Positions 37,854 to 37,877 of a stretch of DNA of 37,877 nt are shown piece by piece (position 1 is the first letter of the stretch; each line of letters starts with the position of its first letter). The notes beneath the pieces were generated by a model. It worked only from the letters and a program-made list of their open reading frames with translations. It searched no databases and had not been told where the DNA came from. The stretch is from the sequence record SRR31156797_7382. One strand, written 5' to 3'. The position numbers were made by a program, and so were the translations under genes.

Positions 37854-37877
37854 TGAACACGGAGGGAGTCGAACCCC
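37854..37877 (-). tRNA. 3' end of a tRNA gene (T-arm and acceptor strand); anticodon outside the window, possibly tRNA-Arg
   Basis: Reverse complement GGGG-TTCGACT-CCCTC-CGTGTTC-A: T-loop, T-stem, 7-nt acceptor strand and discriminator; CCA not encoded. Confidence 0.8.

Noticed and set aside
37854-37877. tRNA end as a possible attachment site of an integrated element
   Set aside because: No integrase, direct repeat or phage genes; flanking genes look chromosomal
1-37877. CRISPR array, IS element, prophage or defence system
   Set aside because: No regularly spaced repeats and no transposase, cas or phage ORFs seen

Overview
AT-rich Bacteroidota chromosome segment (TAnnTTTG promoters, lipoproteins; Marinifilaceae-like, by inference). 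It holds housekeeping genes (nusB-DUF1573-yajC-YbbR-like-coaE, djlA-like, DEAD-box helicase, mscS), a ~12 kb glycerol/glycerophosphodiester locus (padR + degenerate glpK-like; glpT-glpQ-porin; glpD; glpK-glpF-porin), an ECF sigma with a dual-membrane-spanning-type anti-sigma, several envelope enzymes, and the 3' end of a tRNA. The strongest novel signal is an unannotated ~330-bp control cassette present twice, upstream of glpT and of glpD. Its order is: promoter overlapped by a 19-bp operator, leader terminator, a second inverted operator exactly 8 nt after the T-tract, then a paralogous 47-48 aa small ORF (21/48 identical, many synonymous changes). The same operator sits in the padR promoter, and padR is adjacent to a GlpK paralog with altered ATP-binding motifs. 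No GlpR or GlpP gene is in the window. Together these suggest a possibly undescribed PadR/pseudokinase/small-protein glycerol regulatory system. All calls are by-eye motif recognition without database searches.
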